From a virus (lineage: Duplodnaviria > Caudoviricetes), in IMG/VR virus record IMGVR_UViG_3300037286_000037, positions 1 through 49,695 of that record: DNA of 49,695 nucleotides; one strand, 5' to 3'. A program made the position numbers and the translations under genes. The notes beneath the pieces were generated by a model that saw only the letters and a list, made by a program, of their open reading frames with translations, was not told the origin of the DNA and ran no database searches. Every line of letters begins with the position of its first letter. Position 1 is the first letter of the stretch. This document shows, one piece after another, positions 47,187 to 49,695 of this stretch.

Positions 47187-47356
47187 CGGGTCAACTCCAT
47201 AAATATCAGGGATGCCAAACCACCTATGGCAAAAGCAATTCCCATCACTATCAGGGTTTGACGAGGGGATGGGAAAGAAATTGGGGCCATTGCCATTAGC
47301 AACACCGCCAGAACCATCAACAATACTGCAATTATTTGCTTATCCAGTGTGTCCAT
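47183..47356 (-). CDS. Small two-TM protein (57 aa, below ORF-track cutoff)
   Basis: TAATG and ATGA coupling on both sides; MDTLDKQIIAVLLMVLAVLLMAMAP...LIVMGIAFAIGGLASLIFMELTR. Confidence 0.7.
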   Translation of the reverse strand: MDTLDKQIIAVLLMVLAVLLMAMAPISFPSPRQTLIVMGIAFAIGGLASLIFMELTR

Positions 47357-47625
47357 TACGGTAAACCCTTTAATACTTGCAAATAAAATTGTTCTGCATC
47401 TTCCAGGGTAGAAATGTAATAATCCAACTTATGCAGGTTTGCCTGTTTATGGTCAATTAACCAGGGGGGTGTTTCAGTAATACCATCACTCTCCCCCAGG
47501 ACAAGTTCCACCGGCCAATCAGCTTGCTCAACTTCCTGCCTGAGCGCCTTAAATTCTTCTATAACATTCCAGATGGGTGCAGTCTGATTGGTCATTGCTA
47601 CCCCGATTACCCGTTGAATGGACAT
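47356..47625 (-). CDS. Hypothetical protein
   Basis: 89 aa, purine-rich SD. Confidence 0.6.
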   Translation of the reverse strand: MSIQRVIGVAMTNQTAPIWNVIEEFKALRQEVEQADWPVELVLGESDGITETPPWLIDHKQANLHKLDYYISTLEDAEQFYLQVLKGLP

Positions 47626-47645
47626 TTAATTATTCCCCTTCCTGT

Positions 47646-48206
47646 TTAATACACATCCAGCCCACCCCATTGCATAGCCATTGCATCTGCAATACCCTGA
47701 AATGTGCGGGAGCGTTCCCTAGACCTGTTCCTGGAAGGCGACATCATGTGTATTCTGTTAACTCTGCCTTCCACAATATTAGTAGGTATCAATTTTGGTA
47801 GGTTCTTTAACCACAAACAGGTAGCCTTTCTCTCACCGTGGCCGAATTGCCACGGCTGGATTATCTGGTCGGGCTTTCTGATACGGGTGGAAATTACACT
47901 AACGGGGTTCTCCAGGGCAATCCGGTAAATCGGGGCATCCAGAAGTAACCTGACAAATTCCAATGCCTGCGCCTGCTCAACCTGCCGGTGCTTAAACCAC
48001 CTTCTTCCAATTACAGCCAGATAAGTACATGGGGGGTGAGCAATTATCAAATCCCACCCATCATTCAATATATCCCGCACATCTCCCTGGTAATGTTGCC
48101 CCGGTATTTCAGACGGTTCCAAATCACATGACCATGCGTTATGTCCCTGACCGGCAAACGCTTCCCTTACAACCCCGCTAAATTCACAGGCTACCAATAT
48201 TTTCAT
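47646..48206 (-). CDS. Compact phage-type C5 cytosine methyltransferase
   Basis: ILVACEFSG (motif I variant), SCDL, DLIIAHPPC (IV), ENPV (VI), KATCLW, RSRTFQGIADAMA. Confidence 0.8.
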   Translation of the reverse strand: MKILVACEFSGVVREAFAGQGHNAWSCDLEPSEIPGQHYQGDVRDILNDGWDLIIAHPPCTYLAVIGRRWFKHRQVEQAQALEFVRLLLDAPIYRIALENPVSVISTRIRKPDQIIQPWQFGHGERKATCLWLKNLPKLIPTNIVEGRVNRIHMMSPSRNRSRERSRTFQGIADAMAMQWGGLDVY

Positions 48207-48227
48207 TATAGTGAATACCTTTAGTCC

Positions 48228-48542
48228 TTATCTTGTCTCAATAAAATCTGCTGGGTTGGTGGCTTTATCATTTATATCCCGGCCCAACAAAGTTGTCTGC
48301 CACAAACCAATCTCCCGATGCTTAATGGTAGTGAGCAAGGCCTGGAGTTGTGATTGCACCTGCTCAAGCCCCCTGCGCTCCCCCCTCTCAAACGTGTAAT
48401 TCAAAATGTCCCTTAATTTCGTGGTGTCGTTGCCAATCCAGTGCAGGACTTTGGCGAGTATTGGTTCTGATTGAGTGTACTCAATGAACGGGCCATCTTT
48501 GGTAGTAAGTTCCCTGAGTTTATAAAAGAGATTATCATCCAC
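48228..48542 (-). CDS. Hypothetical protein
   Basis: 104 aa, AAGGA SD. Confidence 0.6.
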   Translation of the reverse strand: MDDNLFYKLRELTTKDGPFIEYTQSEPILAKVLHWIGNDTTKLRDILNYTFERGERRGLEQVQSQLQALLTTIKHREIGLWQTTLLGRDINDKATNPADFIETR

Positions 48543-48568
48543 AAAATTTTTCCTTAGCTATGTTTTTA

Positions 48569-48814
48569 TCATAAAAAAGATATGTCCGGTTCTTCGAGAG
48601 TGGGTTTTGTGGTGTGTTTTGTAGTGAGTATTACTTTCGTAGTGTCTTTCCCAATCTGCTCCTCTACACACCAGCAGTAAGAAGTATAAGTAGTGACAGG
48701 GTTATCCCCCGCTGCTACTCCGGCGTATGAAGTTGGTTGGGAAAACTGAAATAACAGGCTCCTACCTTCACACCAGAAGCAATCTTTTTTAGGGGTAATG
48801 TATTGTATAGTCAT
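48569..48814 (-). CDS. Small Cys-containing hypothetical protein
   Basis: CFWC...CWC. Confidence 0.55.
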   Translation of the reverse strand: MTIQYITPKKDCFWCEGRSLLFQFSQPTSYAGVAAGDNPVTTYTSYCWCVEEQIGKDTTKVILTTKHTTKPTLEEPDISFL

Positions 48815-48835
48815 TATCTGAGCCTTAAGTCAAGA

Positions 48836-49183
48836 TTACTCACAATGAACACACTGGTACTTACCCGGTCTTACTAATTGTAACTCATTACCACAAACTC
48901 CGCAATAATGGTATGAAGTATTATGGTCAACATCAGCAACAATAGTCACATGCTCATCGAGCCACTGTAAAATAACCGGCTGCACTTCGCTCAATTCCCT
49001 GGAGGTGATACATCTGTAGTGTTTACGTGTGGGATTAACAGCTTGTGTTTCGAGACAGTCCACATAGTAACCAGTTGAATTATCTTCTTGTGTAATCTCA
49101 ACTGCCAATTGCCCCCCACACACAGGACAGGTTGCAACGTTGACTGGAATTTCCACCTGATTGCCGGAATTTATTATTATCAT
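48836..49183 (-). CDS. Zinc-ribbon protein
   Basis: CPVCGG, CGVCG...CVHC. Confidence 0.6.
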   Translation of the reverse strand: MIIINSGNQVEIPVNVATCPVCGGQLAVEITQEDNSTGYYVDCLETQAVNPTRKHYRCITSRELSEVQPVILQWLDEHVTIVADVDHNTSYHYCGVCGNELQLVRPGKYQCVHCE

Positions 49184-49216
49184 TATTGCCCTTATTATTG
49201 CCCTTCTCGTTTTACT

Positions 49217-49507
49217 TTATTTTTGCTCTTGTTTAGCGTACAAAAATACATTGTCCTCTATTATTGCAATGTAATCCCATTGCTCCCTGGTCAACGGTTT
49301 GCGGTCACACCGCTGTGATACCGGCATAGACAGGAAACTGTCATACCAGGTAATCAGTTCAACATTAAACCTGAGTTTGAATAACTTCGGGAGTACCCGA
49401 ATAAAATTTTTTACTGCATTGTGTGAGCCTGCTTTAATTATATGAGCCACGACTTCCATCTCATTTAGTTGGTTGTCTGGTGAGTGAGTTGAAACAGGGT
49501 GGGACAT
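49217..49507 (-). CDS. Hypothetical protein
   Basis: 96 aa, first ORF of the right arm. Confidence 0.5.
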   Translation of the reverse strand: MSHPVSTHSPDNQLNEMEVVAHIIKAGSHNAVKNFIRVLPKLFKLRFNVELITWYDSFLSMPVSQRCDRKPLTREQWDYIAIIEDNVFLYAKQEQK

Positions 49508-49520
49508 AATTTGGGCCTTA

Positions 49521-49553
49521 TTGGATTTGTTTGGATTTGTTTGGATTTGTTTG
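49521..49553. repeat. 10 bp tandem repeat (TTGGATTTGT)x3.3 in non-coding terminal region
   Basis: Three perfect copies plus TTG. Confidence 0.92.
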
Positions 49554-49695
49554 TGATAATTGAAGTGATTAGAATTGTTTTAATGGGCATAAATAATATA
49601 TCATATTTCTACTGTAATTGCAAGGCTGTGAGATGAATTGTGGTAAATTTTAAGGTTGAATATTTGGTGGGGATGGGATGGGGAAAAAGGATGGG

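Noticed and set aside
49521-49553. Tandem repeat as a mini CRISPR array
   Set aside because: 10 bp units with no spacers

Overview
This window is most of a tailed dsDNA phage genome. The left end starts inside a gene. No integrase, repressor, tRNA or CRISPR array was recognised. Two convergent arms meet at about 16.5 kb. The + arm (1-16473) holds early and replication genes: RuvC-like resolvase, SNF2 helicase, Cas4/RecB-like exonuclease, Sak4-like ATPase, SSB, primase-helicase, UDG-fused family A polymerase, metallophosphoesterase, DnaQ-like exonuclease and DUF1599. The - arm (16515-49507) holds small early genes, a C5 methyltransferase, an FtsK ATPase with membrane proteins, then a consensus sigma70 promoter ahead of podovirus-like morphogenesis genes (terminase, portal, ejection proteins, scaffold, N4-gp56-type major capsid, adaptor, nozzle, fibre). 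A monoderm host, probably Chloroflexota, is inferred. Highlights: (1) the major capsid gene is split into three exons by two related group I introns, one carrying a LAGLIDADG endonuclease with its own promoter; (2) an intact-looking sortase lies inside the tail module; (3) an FtsK plus membrane-protein cassette resembles Streptomyces TraB/Spd DNA-spreading systems; (4) GATC, GANTC and GGWCC appear to be almost completely avoided. All family assignments are by motif recognition, not database search.
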